64,000 bases of DNA from Bacteroidia bacterium. Lineage in GTDB: Bacteria; Bacteroidota; Bacteroidia; M30B66. This document shows, piece after piece, positions 19,787 to 30,747 of the stretch; position 1 is the stretch's first letter; each line of letters starts with the position of its first letter. The stretch covers positions 3,808,001 through 3,872,000 of the forward strand of contig OZ257142.1 of NCBI GenBank assembly GCA_965279035.1, read 5' to 3'. The translations under genes and the position numbers were made by a program. Below the pieces are notes generated by a model. That model saw only the letters and a list, made by a program, of their open reading frames with translations. It had not been told where the DNA came from and ran no database searches.

Positions 19787-19930
19787 GTATGATTTATTTG
19801 GGGTGAAGGTAAGGGATAATAGGTTGGGGGTAAAAAATGTGAGGACTTTTAACATTTCAAAAAAAAGTTTAAGCCTACATAGGGGAACGGCTGCTCTATG
19901 TTGTCATAGTGGAAAGGTTCAACATGACTT

Positions 19931-20670
19931 GTCTACCTCACCCTAAATCCCTCTCCTCGGGGAGAGGGACTTTTTAAACGTGAATGTTTGATTAGCATAA
20001 TTAGTATTTCACTCTAGCAGAATGCTCTCCCCTTTCTATTCGAACATTCGAGTCTACCTCACCCTAAATCCCTCTCCTCAGGGAGAGGGACTTTTTATAC
20101 GTGAATGTTTGATCAGAATGATTAGAATTTCAACTTAGTAGAATGTTCTCCCCTTTCTCCTCGAACATTCGAGTTCACCTCACCCTAAATCCCTCTCCTC
20201 GGGGAGAGGGACTTTTTATACGTAAATGTTTGATTAGCATAATTAGTATTTCACTCTAGCAGAATGCTCTCCCCTTTCTCCTCGTGGAGAAAGGGGCCGG
20301 GGGATAGAGGTCAAGGATGCCAGAAAAATTTCAATATGAAACTTTGAAATTATTAATTTCCAACTTAACAGAATGCTCTCCCCTTTCTCCTCGAACATTC
20401 GAGTCTACCTCACCCTAAATCCCTCTCCTCGGGGAGAGGGACTTCTTAAACGTGAATGTTTGATCAGCATAATTAGTATTTCACTCTAGCAGAATGCTCT
20501 CCCCTTTCTATTCGAGCATTCGAGTCTACCTCACCCTAAATCCCTCTCCTCAGGGAGAGGGAATTTTTATACGTGAATGTTTGATTAGCATAATTAGTAT
20601 TTCACTCTAGCAGAATGCTCTCCCCTTTCTCCTCGTGGAGAAAGGGGCCGGGGGATAGAGGTCAAGGATG
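19931..20670. repeat. Tandem array of 121-bp REP-doublet units (5 copies plus one degenerate linker)
   Basis: ACCTCACCCTAAATCCCTCTCCTCRGGGAGAGGGA in units starting ~19931, 20052, 20173, 20403 and 20524; complete inverted partner CTCCCCTTTCTCCTCGTGGAGAAAGGGGCCGGGGGATAGAGG only at ~20268 and ~20619. Confidence 0.95.
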
Positions 20671-20678
20671 TTAGGATA

Positions 20679-21644
20679 TCAATATGATTTGCCCTTCATC
20701 AAGTACTCCTGCACGTAATCTTTCACACCATCTTCTAAGCTGTAAAATGCGTCCGAGTAACCAATACTGCGAAGTTTTTGCATGTTGGCTTCAGTAAAAT
20801 ATTGGTATTTATCGCGAATATCCAAGGGCGTGTCGATGAAATGGATGTCGGCTTTCTTTCCCATAGCAGCAAAGGTTGCCGATGCTAAATCGAAAAATGT
20901 ACGTGCCTCGCCCGTTCCTAAATTGTATAAACCGGAATGTGTACGATTCAACATCAAGAAATAGCAAATTTTTACTAAATCTTTTACATAAACGAAATCG
21001 CGCTTTTGCCCGCCATCCGTGTAATCGGGACGATGTGAGCGGAACAAATTCACACTTCCTTTTTCGTTAATTTGGTTAAACGAATGAAAAATAACCGAAG
21101 CCATGCGTTTCTTGTGCGTCTCGTTCGGTCCATATACATTGAAAAACTTCAATCCTGCCCAAAAATAAGGTGCCCGAGCTTGTTTCAATGCCCATTTATC
21201 AAAGTCGTTTTTCGAATCTCCGTAGGGATTTAAAGGCTTCAATTTTTCAACAACTTCATGATTATCCTCGTAGCCTAATTCTCCTAAACCATACGTTGCT
21301 GCCGAAGATGCGTAAACTAAGGGAAGTCCGTATTCCACACATTTATTCCAAACAGCTTGCGAATAATGCAGGTTGAGTTCATCAAAAATTTGGGTGTCGA
21401 ATTCGGTTGTATCGGTTCGTGCGCCAAGATGAAACACAAATTCTACCATGCGGTGATTCGTATCGAGCCAAGCAATAAAATCACTCCGGTCGACTTTTTC
21501 CTTAAACGTTTTACCAGCCAAATTGGAAGCTTTTTCTTTTTTACTGAAATCATCCACGAGCACCAAATCAACATAGCGGTTTTCGTTGAGGTAAGTAACC
21601 AAGCAGGATGCAATAAATCCGGCCGCTCCAGTAATAACGATCAT
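20679..21644 (-). CDS. rfaD: ADP-L-glycero-D-manno-heptose 6-epimerase
   Basis: MIVITGAAGFIAS, YASSAATYG, PLNPYGDSK, GLKFFNVYGPNE.HK..MASV, YQYFTEA. Confidence 0.93.
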   Translation of the reverse strand: MIVITGAAGFIASCLVTYLNENRYVDLVLVDDFSKKEKASNLAGKTFKEKVDRSDFIAWLDTNHRMVEFVFHLGARTDTTEFDTQIFDELNLHYSQAVWNKCVEYGLPLVYASSAATYGLGELGYEDNHEVVEKLKPLNPYGDSKNDFDKWALKQARAPYFWAGLKFFNVYGPNETHKKRMASVIFHSFNQINEKGSVNLFRSHRPDYTDGGQKRDFVYVKDLVKICYFLMLNRTHSGLYNLGTGEARTFFDLASATFAAMGKKADIHFIDTPLDIRDKYQYFTEANMQKLRSIGYSDAFYSLEDGVKDYVQEYLMKGKSY

Positions 21645-21659
21645 AAGGAAATTTTACTG

Positions 21660-21667
21660 CAAATATA
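21660..21667 (-). promoter_or_regulatory. -7 box (TATATTTG) for rfaD
   Basis: TAnnTTTG 16 nt upstream of the ATG. Confidence 0.7.
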
Positions 21668-21680
21668 GTATTTTGAATTT

Positions 21681-21782
21681 GGGCATGTCCCTTCGGGCCG
21701 CGCTTTCGGCTTGTAGTCCTCGCTTTTCACCTTCGCATTCGCTACGGCGAACGCTGTGGGCTTCCGCCTCAATCGCTCATGC
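21681..21782 (-). ncRNA. Flavo-1-like structured RNA element, copy B
   Basis: Reverse complement: GCATG-AGCGATTGAGGCGGAAGCCC...GAGGACTACAAGCCGAAAGCGCGGCCCGAAGGGA-CATGCCC. Confidence 0.65.
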
Positions 21783-21980
21783 GGGGAATAGAGGTACTCT
21801 ACAAACATAAGTGCTGAGATAACCCCGGATTGAAATCCGTACTTTAAGGAAGCAACACGCTTCGACAGGCTCAGCGCGCGACATCAGCATAACAAATCAA
21901 CATAGACTAGCTCAACGAAAAATAATATTCACGCTCCCTGAGCTTGTCGAAGGGAGCACATCAGCAAACCAGCATATTAA
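21783..21980. repeat. Mosaic of REP-like fragments
   Basis: GGGGAATAGAGGT (tail of the 121-bp family); CCCCGGATTGAAATCCG at 21823; TTCGACAGGCTCAG (21861)...CTGAGCTTGTCGAAGGG pair; CAGCACAT-type octamers. Confidence 0.85.
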
Positions 21981-22008
21981 TTACTCATTTTTTCCTTTAT
22001 TTTAGCAC

Positions 22009-22605
22009 ATGAACTTCTCATTCCTATTTCCCTTAGTGTTGCTTGCAGTTGCTCCCTTTGTTCAGCAACCTAGTCCGCATATTTTATATCCAACTTCATT
22101 TCTCAAAACACAACAAGACACGCTATACTGGCGCGAAGGTGTTCATTTAACTTGGGATGATTTCAAATCAAAAACACCTAAACAAGCAGGATTTGCAGCA
22201 TTTTCCTTTACGATTATAACCATGAGCTATGAGCTAAAATATACTGGTGAAGTATATAAGCCTAAATTCACGGTTCATAGTGCGTTTCAACGAAGTAAAT
22301 CTTGGGTTGATCGGAAAGATCCCAAAGCACAAACACCCGAAATTTTAGCTCACGAGCAGCTTCATTTCACTATTGCCGAAATCACTGCACGCAAACTTCG
22401 TAGGAATTTAAAATCAGCAACGTACACCAAAAATTACCAAAAAGAAATTAAAACTATCTACGATCAAGCATTAGCCGATGGCGAAAAAATGCAACAACGC
22501 TATGATAAAGAAACCAATCACGGCATCGACAAAACCGTACAAAAGCAATGGTCGAATTTGATCGAATCCGATTTAGGATATCTAATGTCTTTTCAAGCTA
22601 ATTGA
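22009..22605 (+). CDS. DUF922 family exported putative Zn-dependent protease
   Basis: [30 protein letters not shown]....Q..W. Confidence 0.85.
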   Translation: MNFSFLFPLVLLAVAPFVQQPSPHILYPTSFLKTQQDTLYWREGVHLTWDDFKSKTPKQAGFAAFSFTIITMSYELKYTGEVYKPKFTVHSAFQRSKSWVDRKDPKAQTPEILAHEQLHFTIAEITARKLRRNLKSATYTKNYQKEIKTIYDQALADGEKMQQRYDKETNHGIDKTVQKQWSNLIESDLGYLMSFQAN

Positions 22606-23564
22606 GAGAGAAATCGCTGTACATTCCCAAATACGCGCACTTCAGTTTCGTCATATACTTGAGGCTCGAATTTTTTACCGGTAATGTGTTCGTATAATTC
22701 AATATATCGCGCCGAAATTTCTTCTATAAACTCCTCCTGCATCATAGGAATTTGCTGTCCTTCTTTTCCTTGGAAACCGTTTGCAATTAACCATTGCCGA
22801 ACGAATTCCTTGCTCAATTGCTTTTGTGTTTCACCACGTGATTGTCGCTCAGCATAGCCATCAGCATAAAAATAACGTGAGGAATCGGGCGTGTGGATTT
22901 CATCAATTAAAAGAATCTCCCCAGCATCGGTTTTACCAAATTCATATTTCGTATCAACTAGTATTAATCCACGTTCGGCAGCCATTTCAGAGCCACGTTT
23001 GTATAAAGCACGTGTATATTTTTCTAATTGCACATAGTCTGCTTCCGCTACAATTCCCTGACGTAAAATCTCCTCGCGTGAAATATCTTCATCGTGCCCT
23101 TCGGCAGCTTTCGTAGTTGGAGTAATAATCGGCTCAGGTAAACGATCGTTTTCTTTTAATCCATCAGGCAAAGAAACACCACAAATAATCCGTTTACCTA
23201 AAGCGTATTCTCGAGCTGCATGTCCGGCTAAGTAACCACGAATCACCATTTCCACTTTAAAAGGCGAACACATTTTTCCTATTGCTACATTCGGATCGGG
23301 TGTACCTAAAAGCCAGTTGGGGACGATGTCGCGTGTTGCTTCCAAGAAATAAGTGGCTGTTTGATTGAGCACTTGTCCTTTATACGGAATGCCTTTCGGC
23401 AAGACCACGTCAAACGCCGAAATCCGGTCGCTTGCCACCATCACCAAGTACTGATTTTTGATGGTATACACATCACGCACTTTTCCACGGTAGAAAGCGG
23501 TTTGTCCTTCAAAATGGAAATCAGTCGCGCGCAGGCTGCTCTGGCTGGTTGGCTTGGTAGGCAT
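22593..23564 (-). CDS. purC: Phosphoribosylaminoimidazole-succinocarboxamide (SAICAR) synthase
   Basis: [44 protein letters not shown]. Confidence 0.97.
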   Translation of the reverse strand: MPTKPTSQSSLRATDFHFEGQTAFYRGKVRDVYTIKNQYLVMVASDRISAFDVVLPKGIPYKGQVLNQTATYFLEATRDIVPNWLLGTPDPNVAIGKMCSPFKVEMVIRGYLAGHAAREYALGKRIICGVSLPDGLKENDRLPEPIITPTTKAAEGHDEDISREEILRQGIVAEADYVQLEKYTRALYKRGSEMAAERGLILVDTKYEFGKTDAGEILLIDEIHTPDSSRYFYADGYAERQSRGETQKQLSKEFVRQWLIANGFQGKEGQQIPMMQEEFIEEISARYIELYEHITGKKFEPQVYDETEVRVFGNVQRFLSQLA

Positions 23565-24492
23565 GAAGAATAGCGGTAACGAGTTTATGACGAATCACAT
23601 CGCTGGTATCCAAATGAATGATTTCAATTCCGGCAATGTCTTTTAAAATGCGAATTCCAGTTGCTAAACCAGAAGATTGATTACGGGGAAGGTCGATCTG
23701 TGTTAAATCACCCGTGATTAAAAACTTAGCTGAACGTCCCATTCGGGTAAGAAACATTTTCAATTGAGCTTCGGTGGTATTTTGAGCTTCATCGAGAATT
23801 ACAAAAGCATTATCGAGCGTTCTTCCGCGCATAAAGGCGAGAGGAGCAATTTGTATGATACCTGTTTCGAGGAATAATTGCAGTTTATCGGCAGGAATCA
23901 TATCGAGCAATGCATCGTACAAAGGCTGCAAATACGGATCGAGTTTCTCTTTCAAATCTCCTGGAAGGAAACCTAAATTTTCACCCGCTTCCACTGCTGG
24001 ACGAGTGAGAATAATCCGTTTCACTTCTTTATTCCGCAAAGCACGAACAGCAAGAGCAACAGCTGTATAAGTCTTACCTGTTCCGGCTGGACCAATAGCA
24101 AACACCATATCGTTGGTAAACGAAGCATTTACAATTCGGCGTTGATTGGGAGTTCGGGCTTTAACGATAAGACCGTTGTTTCCAAAAACAATCACATCCG
24201 ATCCTCCATTTTGTTCAGGAGCCATTTCGGGTAGATCGTTTTCGGGATTCATCAACTTTTTTACGAGTTGTTCGCTCAAAGATCCATAGCGCTGTTGATG
24301 AGAAATGAGGGTATTCAATTTAATTTCAAAGGCATTGATATCGATTTCTTCTCCTTGAATTTTAAGATCAAGCCCTCGAGCAACTAGTCGGAGTTTTGGA
24401 AAATAAGCCCGAATTTGCTCTAAAATAGAGTCATTAACGCCGTAAATCTCCACAGGATTAACGTCCGGGAGATGGATTGTTTTTTCGATCAA
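23521..24492 (-). CDS. phoH: PhoH family ATPase
   Basis: [46 protein letters not shown]. Confidence 0.95.
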   Translation of the reverse strand: MIEKTIHLPDVNPVEIYGVNDSILEQIRAYFPKLRLVARGLDLKIQGEEIDINAFEIKLNTLISHQQRYGSLSEQLVKKLMNPENDLPEMAPEQNGGSDVIVFGNNGLIVKARTPNQRRIVNASFTNDMVFAIGPAGTGKTYTAVALAVRALRNKEVKRIILTRPAVEAGENLGFLPGDLKEKLDPYLQPLYDALLDMIPADKLQLFLETGIIQIAPLAFMRGRTLDNAFVILDEAQNTTEAQLKMFLTRMGRSAKFLITGDLTQIDLPRNQSSGLATGIRILKDIAGIEIIHLDTSDVIRHKLVTAILHAYQANQPEQPARD

Positions 24493-24595
24493 ACTAAAAA
24501 AGGATAATTGTTATCAATTGCTGAAAAGCGTGGTTGCATTTCACACACAAATAAATGAATTTTGGCGCGTCCCTCCAAGTCTCGAATTTCAAAAG

Positions 24596-25393
24596 ATGCC
24601 AATAATCACCCTTACCACCGATATGGGTCTCAGCGACTATTATGTTGCTGCGGTGAAAGGTGCCATATTATCGCAATTACCTGATGTGAATATTGTGGAT
24701 ATCACGCATGATATTCCCAAGTTCGATCGCATGAAAGCTGGCTTTGTGCTTCGTAACGCCTATCAACATTTCCCCAAAGGAACTGTTCATATTGTTGGTG
24801 TTGAAACACTCGAAGATGAAGATACGCCCCATGTTGCATTGAAAATCAACGGACATTATTTTGTTGGTGCTGATTCAGGAATTTTCTCCTTGCTTTTTTC
24901 GCCTCAACTTGCCGACGAAATTGTTCAACTCAATATTCGAAAAGATCAAACTCCACGATCTTTTCCAACCTTGAATTTATTTGTCACTGCAGCTTGTCAT
25001 ATTGCTCGTGGAGGCACATTAGAAATCATCGGTCGAAAAATTTCTGGATTCCGTCAAAGTTTGATGCTATCACCAACGCGAGGAGAATCACATCTTGGAG
25101 CGAGTATCATTTACATCGATTCCTACGGAAATCTCATCACCAATATCCGTCAGGAGCAATTTGATGAACGTAGACAAGGTGGAAAGTTTGGGATTATACT
25201 TAGGCGAGCATCCCAAAACATCAATCGCATTTCGAAGAGTTACAATGAAGTTCCCGAAGGTGATATGTGCGCCTTGTTTAATGATTCAGGCTATCTCGAA
25301 ATTTCGATCAATAGAGGATCAGCAGCCAAGCTAATCGGCTTAAAAGTAAACGACACATTACGCGTAGAATTCGATGTTGATACGAATCGTTGA
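24596..25393 (+). CDS. SAM hydrolase / SAM-dependent halogenase family protein (DUF62)
   Basis: IITLTTDMG..DYYV..VKG, DITH, FPKGTVH, YIDSYGNLITN, GYLEISIN.GSAA; start set at ATG 24596. Confidence 0.9.
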   Translation: MPIITLTTDMGLSDYYVAAVKGAILSQLPDVNIVDITHDIPKFDRMKAGFVLRNAYQHFPKGTVHIVGVETLEDEDTPHVALKINGHYFVGADSGIFSLLFSPQLADEIVQLNIRKDQTPRSFPTLNLFVTAACHIARGGTLEIIGRKISGFRQSLMLSPTRGESHLGASIIYIDSYGNLITNIRQEQFDERRQGGKFGIILRRASQNINRISKSYNEVPEGDMCALFNDSGYLEISINRGSAAKLIGLKVNDTLRVEFDVDTNR

Positions 25394-25673
25394 AATGCAT
25401 TTTCGTGCTGATGCTCGGGAAGAATTTTTAGAAGTCTTTCATCAGAGTAAAGAAAAGATTCGTGCTTTTGAAGGTTGTGAGCATCTTGATTTATTAAATG
25501 AGCCATCCGATCCAGCACATTTTTTCACATACAGTTATTGGAAAGATGAAGATGCATTGGAACGTTATCGAAATTCTGAACTGTTTCAAGTTACTTGGAG
25601 TAAGACAAAAATCCTCTTTGACCAGAAACCGCGGGCATGGACGCTCGATCGACTTGTATCGCTTCCATATTAA
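25374..25673 (+). CDS. Antibiotic biosynthesis monooxygenase (putative quinol monooxygenase)
   Basis: IRAFEGC, FFTYSYW, LERYRNSELF..TW. Confidence 0.88.
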   Translation: MLIRIVEMHFRADAREEFLEVFHQSKEKIRAFEGCEHLDLLNEPSDPAHFFTYSYWKDEDALERYRNSELFQVTWSKTKILFDQKPRAWTLDRLVSLPY

Positions 25674-25945
25674 ATTCTGATTTTAATCTCATTCAAACCG
25701 AAAATAGGAATTAGCCTGTTTTGGTAAAATCCTGTTTTCATTATTGAAAAAGGCTATAAATCTAACTTGGATTTTAAGCGTAGTTATTTGAGCAAACTAT
25801 TGTCCAACGGGCTTTCCCGCAATATTTATTTCAATACTTGCAATTTTCCTTACACTGTAAGTGAGGATGAGTTCCATCTATTATATACTAGAACATCGGT
25901 GATAGTTTTGAACGTATAAATCATCAACAGAAAAACCAAATCACC

Positions 25946-28900
25946 ATGAATCGTTTCTTTACATCCATTCTTCCATTTTTTCTCGCTGCAATAGCGGGAA
26001 CAGCCAGTGCTGCAGAAAAGACCTGGACAGGAGCTGCCGGAAGCAGTTGGAGTTCACCAGCAAACTGGCAACCAGCAGGAGTTCCAGCCAATGCTGATGA
26101 CGTTGTTTTTGATGGAAATGTTAGTTCCATCTCCTGTAATTTACCAACAACTGTTATCGTACATAGCTTGACTGTTAAACCAGAATATACGGGAACAATC
26201 ACAGCAACTAATCAATCTTCAGCCATTCTAACCATCATGCAGAACATGCATTTATCAGGTGGAACACTAACCACAGGATTATGCAAGCTCAAAGTAATGA
26301 ACGAATTACTGGTTGATGGTGGTACATTGAATAAAGGTTCAGGAAGTATCTGCTCTTTAATTGATTTAAAAATATCCAGCGGATCGGTCATTATAGGAAA
26401 TGGACCCGTTGAAATTCTTGGTAATTTTCTTTTAGATGGTGGTAGCTTTTTGACTGGATCTGGAAGCTTTTTTATTAAATCATCTTACCTACAAAATGGA
26501 GGTAGTTTTACGAAGACATCAGGTGTTGGAACATTTAATCCTACAGGAAGTGTGACAATTAATGGTGGCGATTTTAATTGTCAAGCTTCAAACATTACAT
26601 TTAAATCTCTTTCATTAAATAATGCACAATTTAATGCGGGTTCTGGATCCATTTATTTTAATGGAAACTTATCATTAAATACAGCATCGTTTTTGAAAAA
26701 TTCAGGGGCTGTTTATTTTAATTCAGGTGCACTATTTTCTGCATTAAATTCAACCTTTAATTTAGGAAGTTCAATTTGGAATGCCAATTCAATTTCATTT
26801 GATGGCGGTACTGCAGATTTAGGTTCCGGTACTTTAATCGTAAATGGATCTAGCACTTTCAATCAATGTTCTATTTCAAAATCAGGAGGGAATTCAAACT
26901 TTAATACTGCTTTCTCATTTAATTCAACCAATAGCACCATAGCATTTGGAAATGGATTAGTCAACACAGGAGTTATGAATCTCGATGGTTCAACTCTGAG
27001 TTTTGGAAATGGAAACTTAACCATTGAAGGTGCATTAACATTATCCGGATCATCTCAATTTTCGAAAACAGCAGGCAATGCTCAATTAGCGTTGGGCTCA
27101 ACAGTAACAATGAATTCGGGTGTAGTAGATTTTACTGGAAGCACTCAAATAAATACAGGAAATTGGACTCAATTGGGTGGTTCAACTACTTGTGGAAATA
27201 GTCCACTATTTATTGATGGGAATTTTGAAATTTCAGGAAATTCAATCTTCAATGCACCAACAAGTGTATTCGATTTAAAAGGTGATTTCAGAAGAATTAG
27301 CGGGACATTTAATCACAACAATGGAAGCGTTCGAATGATTGGTACTTCTTCTTTTCCTTATACTATTTTAGGTGGTCCAATATTCAATAATCTTGAAATT
27401 TCAAATACTTCAGGAGTGAATATTAAAAAGGTGGATGTGTATGGTGAAATGTCGGTGAATTCTAATTTTAAATTGAATAATGGAAGTGCATCAAATCGTT
27501 CCATTCAAATAAATACTGCTACAATTAATATTTTCGGGAATCTTGATATTACTCAATATCGCAGCACCGAAATACAGCCAGGTTCTTCTACTCTTCGTTT
27601 TACAGGAAGTCAAACACAAACCATTGTAGGAACATCATTAAATGATGGAATTGGAGTTTTACCATCCATTTATATTGATAAAACGGGTGGTGTATTTTTA
27701 TTATCAGGAAACGTTTGTTTTGGAAATGGATTTAATCAACAAAACTCTACCATAGAATTTGATCCTGAAATGATTTTTGGAATGAAAGGCGGTTCATTTA
27801 CATTGGATAATCTTTTAATTCCTCATGTTCGTGTGAGCGGAATGTCAACGCTGTTAAGCTCTATGGCAGTCCAAGGAAATTTAGAAATTCTTTCAACGGG
27901 ATTTTTAATCAATGGAAATAGTGCCCTCAATGTAAATGCAGAATTTATCAATGAAGGTCGTTTTCAAAATATGAATGGCTCATTGAATGTGACTGGTTTA
28001 CTTACCAATCGTGGTGAATTCTCGATCAATTCAGGCTCTATGAATGCTCTTTCTGGATTGCTTCAGGAAATGGGGTTTTTTGGATGTGGAACTGGTCAAG
28101 TAAATACCATCGGGATTCTTTCGCTTGTAGATGGAAGCTTTAATTGTTCCAATGCTACTGTAGTAGTAAGTGGTTCCGTAAATCAAACAGGTGGAACATT
28201 AAATGGAAATGTGAATGGAGGTTCGTTCACAATTAGTCAAAACTATAATCAAACAGCAGGTATTTTTCATGGTCAATCAGGCACTATGAATATTGGTGTT
28301 GCGTTGAATCTTGCAGGAACATTTATTCGTGGAACTGGAACAGTTAATTTTAACGGATTTGGTCCTCAAACAATTCCAGCATTATTCTACAATAAATTAA
28401 GTATTGCTGGCAGTGGAAGAATTATAACGTTAGCACCTAGTGAAATAAGAATAAGTGCAGCAACAGCAGGCTTTGCACCAAATGCAACCAATATTTATAT
28501 TACAACAAATAATACAATCAATTACAGCAATAATGGAAATCAAGATGTTGCTGGATTTGCTTATAATAATTTATCAATTACTCGAAGTGGAACGAAATCT
28601 TTGTCGGCAAATGGCTCCGTAAAAAACACGTTGAAAGTAATTAATTCGGCACATTTCGATGTAGATGGAATTAGTAATAATCGTGTATTTACATTGCTCA
28701 GTTCTCAAGCACAATCAGCTCGAATTGATCAAATTCCTGCAACTGCATCAATTGTTGGTAATTTAACATTTCAACGTTGGACACGTGGAGGAATTCGTTC
28801 AAATCGCTTTATTGGATCGCCAGTAGATACAGTAGGTGGAATTAAATTCAAGCAAGTGAAAGACAATGTTCTTTTGTACAGTACTGGAAATGCAGTAAGT

Positions 28901-30175
28901 GGTTGGGATAATCCAACCTTGTATAACAACAATGTTTACACGTATAATGAAGCATTAGCTAATGGTTTTGAATGGAGATATCCATTAACGACCAATGAAG
29001 TAATTCCTCGTGGTTCAGCCATATTGATCTACCATCTTGGAGATCGCACACAGGTGAATTTGCAAAACAATACAATTCCAAATGCTGCTATTGTTGATTT
29101 TAAAGGAGTTCCAATTCAAGGAGATATAACACTTCCTGTTAATTGCACAGGCGGATGTATTCCTACAGATAATGGAAATGGATGGAATTTAGTTGCAAAT
29201 CCGTATGCTTCACCAATCGATTGGGATTCTCCGGAATGGACTAAGACAGGAATTTCGAGCACGATTTATATTTGGAATCCACGTATCAATCAATATGCTT
29301 CGTATAACTCTCAAAACCCAGGCGCTGCAACAAATGGTGGCTCGCGGTATATTGGTCCAGGACAAGGATTTTTCATGAAAGCAACCGAAAATAATCCTGT
29401 TCTTATTGCTCATGAAAAAATTAAATCAGCTCAATTTCCAGATACTTTATTGTTTAGAATGAGTGCTGCACAGTCGCAATTACGATTAGTGATTAATCAA
29501 AAAGATTCTGAAGTACAAGATGAAGCAGTACTTGAATTTCGTAATGAAGCAAGTGATGCATTTGAAGTGAATTACGATTCACATAAACCGGAATTACCTG
29601 GAATGAGTTTGAGTTTTTCTTTGTTAAATGAATCAGGTGATGCTTTATCAGTTCATGCTTTTGCGGAACCTGATATGGCGCAAGGAGATAAAATAATTCC
29701 AATTCGATTAAAAGCTGAAGCTGGTTTATACTACATTAGCGCATCTCAGCTTGAATCATTCGGAAATAACGTTTCATTTTACCTCGAAGATCGTTTGATG
29801 AAATCGATTGTAAAATTGGAAGAAGGTAAATCGTATAATATCACTGTTGAATCAAATCAAACAACAAATTCAACAGGTCGTTTGAATTTAATTCTGCGTC
29901 ACGAACATGCAAATGCAAGCTCAATCGTTGGATCTTTTATTCGTGTTTTCCCTAATCCTAGCAATGGTTCAAATGTGCAAGTTGTATTACCAAAAGCAGG
30001 AAAAGGAACCTTGGAAATCTATTCGATGCTTGGAACAAAATTGTTGACTAAATCCATTGATACTGCTCAAAATACAATTGCTTTGGATTCGATAAATCAA
30101 TTAGCTGCTGGTATCTATACAATCGTTTGGAATTCAAGCGAAGGACGCTATAGCGAATTATTGACTGTCAAATAA
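25946..30175 (+). CDS. Large T9SS type A cargo, Gly/Asn/Ser-rich beta-helix-like surface protein (1409 aa)
   Basis: Signal peptide; W.G...SWS...NW...GVP start; many GG.F/L repeats; GWNLVANPYASPIDW and PGQGFF motifs; CTD VFPNPS...YSMLG...GIY. Confidence 0.9.
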   Translation: MNRFFTSILPFFLAAIAGTASAAEKTWTGAAGSSWSSPANWQPAGVPANADDVVFDGNVSSISCNLPTTVIVHSLTVKPEYTGTITATNQSSAILTIMQNMHLSGGTLTTGLCKLKVMNELLVDGGTLNKGSGSICSLIDLKISSGSVIIGNGPVEILGNFLLDGGSFLTGSGSFFIKSSYLQNGGSFTKTSGVGTFNPTGSVTINGGDFNCQASNITFKSLSLNNAQFNAGSGSIYFNGNLSLNTASFLKNSGAVYFNSGALFSALNSTFNLGSSIWNANSISFDGGTADLGSGTLIVNGSSTFNQCSISKSGGNSNFNTAFSFNSTNSTIAFGNGLVNTGVMNLDGSTLSFGNGNLTIEGALTLSGSSQFSKTAGNAQLALGSTVTMNSGVVDFTGSTQINTGNWTQLGGSTTCGNSPLFIDGNFEISGNSIFNAPTSVFDLKGDFRRISGTFNHNNGSVRMIGTSSFPYTILGGPIFNNLEISNTSGVNIKKVDVYGEMSVNSNFKLNNGSASNRSIQINTATINIFGNLDITQYRSTEIQPGSSTLRFTGSQTQTIVGTSLNDGIGVLPSIYIDKTGGVFLLSGNVCFGNGFNQQNSTIEFDPEMIFGMKGGSFTLDNLLIPHVRVSGMSTLLSSMAVQGNLEILSTGFLINGNSALNVNAEFINEGRFQNMNGSLNVTGLLTNRGEFSINSGSMNALSGLLQEMGFFGCGTGQVNTIGILSLVDGSFNCSNATVVVSGSVNQTGGTLNGNVNGGSFTISQNYNQTAGIFHGQSGTMNIGVALNLAGTFIRGTGTVNFNGFGPQTIPALFYNKLSIAGSGRIITLAPSEIRISAATAGFAPNATNIYITTNNTINYSNNGNQDVAGFAYNNLSITRSGTKSLSANGSVKNTLKVINSAHFDVDGISNNRVFTLLSSQAQSARIDQIPATASIVGNLTFQRWTRGGIRSNRFIGSPVDTVGGIKFKQVKDNVLLYSTGNAVSGWDNPTLYNNNVYTYNEALANGFEWRYPLTTNEVIPRGSAILIYHLGDRTQVNLQNNTIPNAAIVDFKGVPIQGDITLPVNCTGGCIPTDNGNGWNLVANPYASPIDWDSPEWTKTGISSTIYIWNPRINQYASYNSQNPGAATNGGSRYIGPGQGFFMKATENNPVLIAHEKIKSAQFPDTLLFRMSAAQSQLRLVINQKDSEVQDEAVLEFRNEASDAFEVNYDSHKPELPGMSLSFSLLNESGDALSVHAFAEPDMAQGDKIIPIRLKAEAGLYYISASQLESFGNNVSFYLEDRLMKSIVKLEEGKSYNITVESNQTTNSTGRLNLILRHEHANASSIVGSFIRVFPNPSNGSNVQVVLPKAGKGTLEIYSMLGTKLLTKSIDTAQNTIALDSINQLAAGIYTIVWNSSEGRYSELLTVK

Positions 30176-30193
30176 TAATGCATTTAACTACAT

Positions 30194-30224
30194 AAAAGCT
30201 GCCTCCAACGAAGCGGCTTTTTTT
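30194..30224 (+). terminator. Intrinsic terminator
   Basis: AAAAGCTGC / GCGGCTTTTTTT. Confidence 0.75.
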
Positions 30225-30352
30225 GTGCTTAAAATCAAGGGTTTCTGAAAGCAGTTCGTGGATTTTAAATTCAATTGAATTCTCGGTTTGTGCAATTTGA
30301 AAAAATGTTAGATTATTGAACTCACAAACGAGAAATCGAAAAATCAAAAACC

Positions 30353-30736
30353 ATGGGAATTTTAAAAGAATTTAAAGCATTTGCGATGCGTGGAAACGTA
30401 ATCGATCTTGCAGTTGGGGTTGTAATCGGGGGCGCATTTGGAGGAATTGTGAATTCACTCGTTGGCGATGTGATTATGCCTATTATTGGTGTATTGACTG
30501 GCGGAGTTGATTTCTCTGGATTAAGCTATACGGCAGGAAAAGCTGTGATTGCTTATGGTAAATTCATCCAAGCAATTTTCACGTTTATCATCATTGCATT
30601 TTCTTTATTTATGGTAATTAAAGGAATGAATGCAACTAAGAAAAAGGAAGAAGAATCACCTGCAACACCTCCAGCTCCAAGTAAAGAAGAAGTGCTTTTG
30701 GGTGAAATTCGTGATTTATTAAAAGATCGTCGCTAA
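30353..30736 (+). CDS. mscL: Large-conductance mechanosensitive channel
   Basis: [24 protein letters not shown]; [12 protein letters not shown]. Confidence 0.97.
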   Translation: MGILKEFKAFAMRGNVIDLAVGVVIGGAFGGIVNSLVGDVIMPIIGVLTGGVDFSGLSYTAGKAVIAYGKFIQAIFTFIIIAFSLFMVIKGMNATKKKEEESPATPPAPSKEEVLLGEIRDLLKDRR

Positions 30737-30747
30737 TACGGAATTGC

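Noticed and set aside
19931-20670. CRISPR array
   Set aside because: The intervening sequences are near-identical rather than unique spacers, the period is 121 bp, and no cas genes are present
24596-25673. Halogenase / antibiotic biosynthesis cluster
   Set aside because: DUF62 plus ABM beside phoH-purC is a common housekeeping arrangement in Bacteroidota; no biosynthetic genes are adjacent
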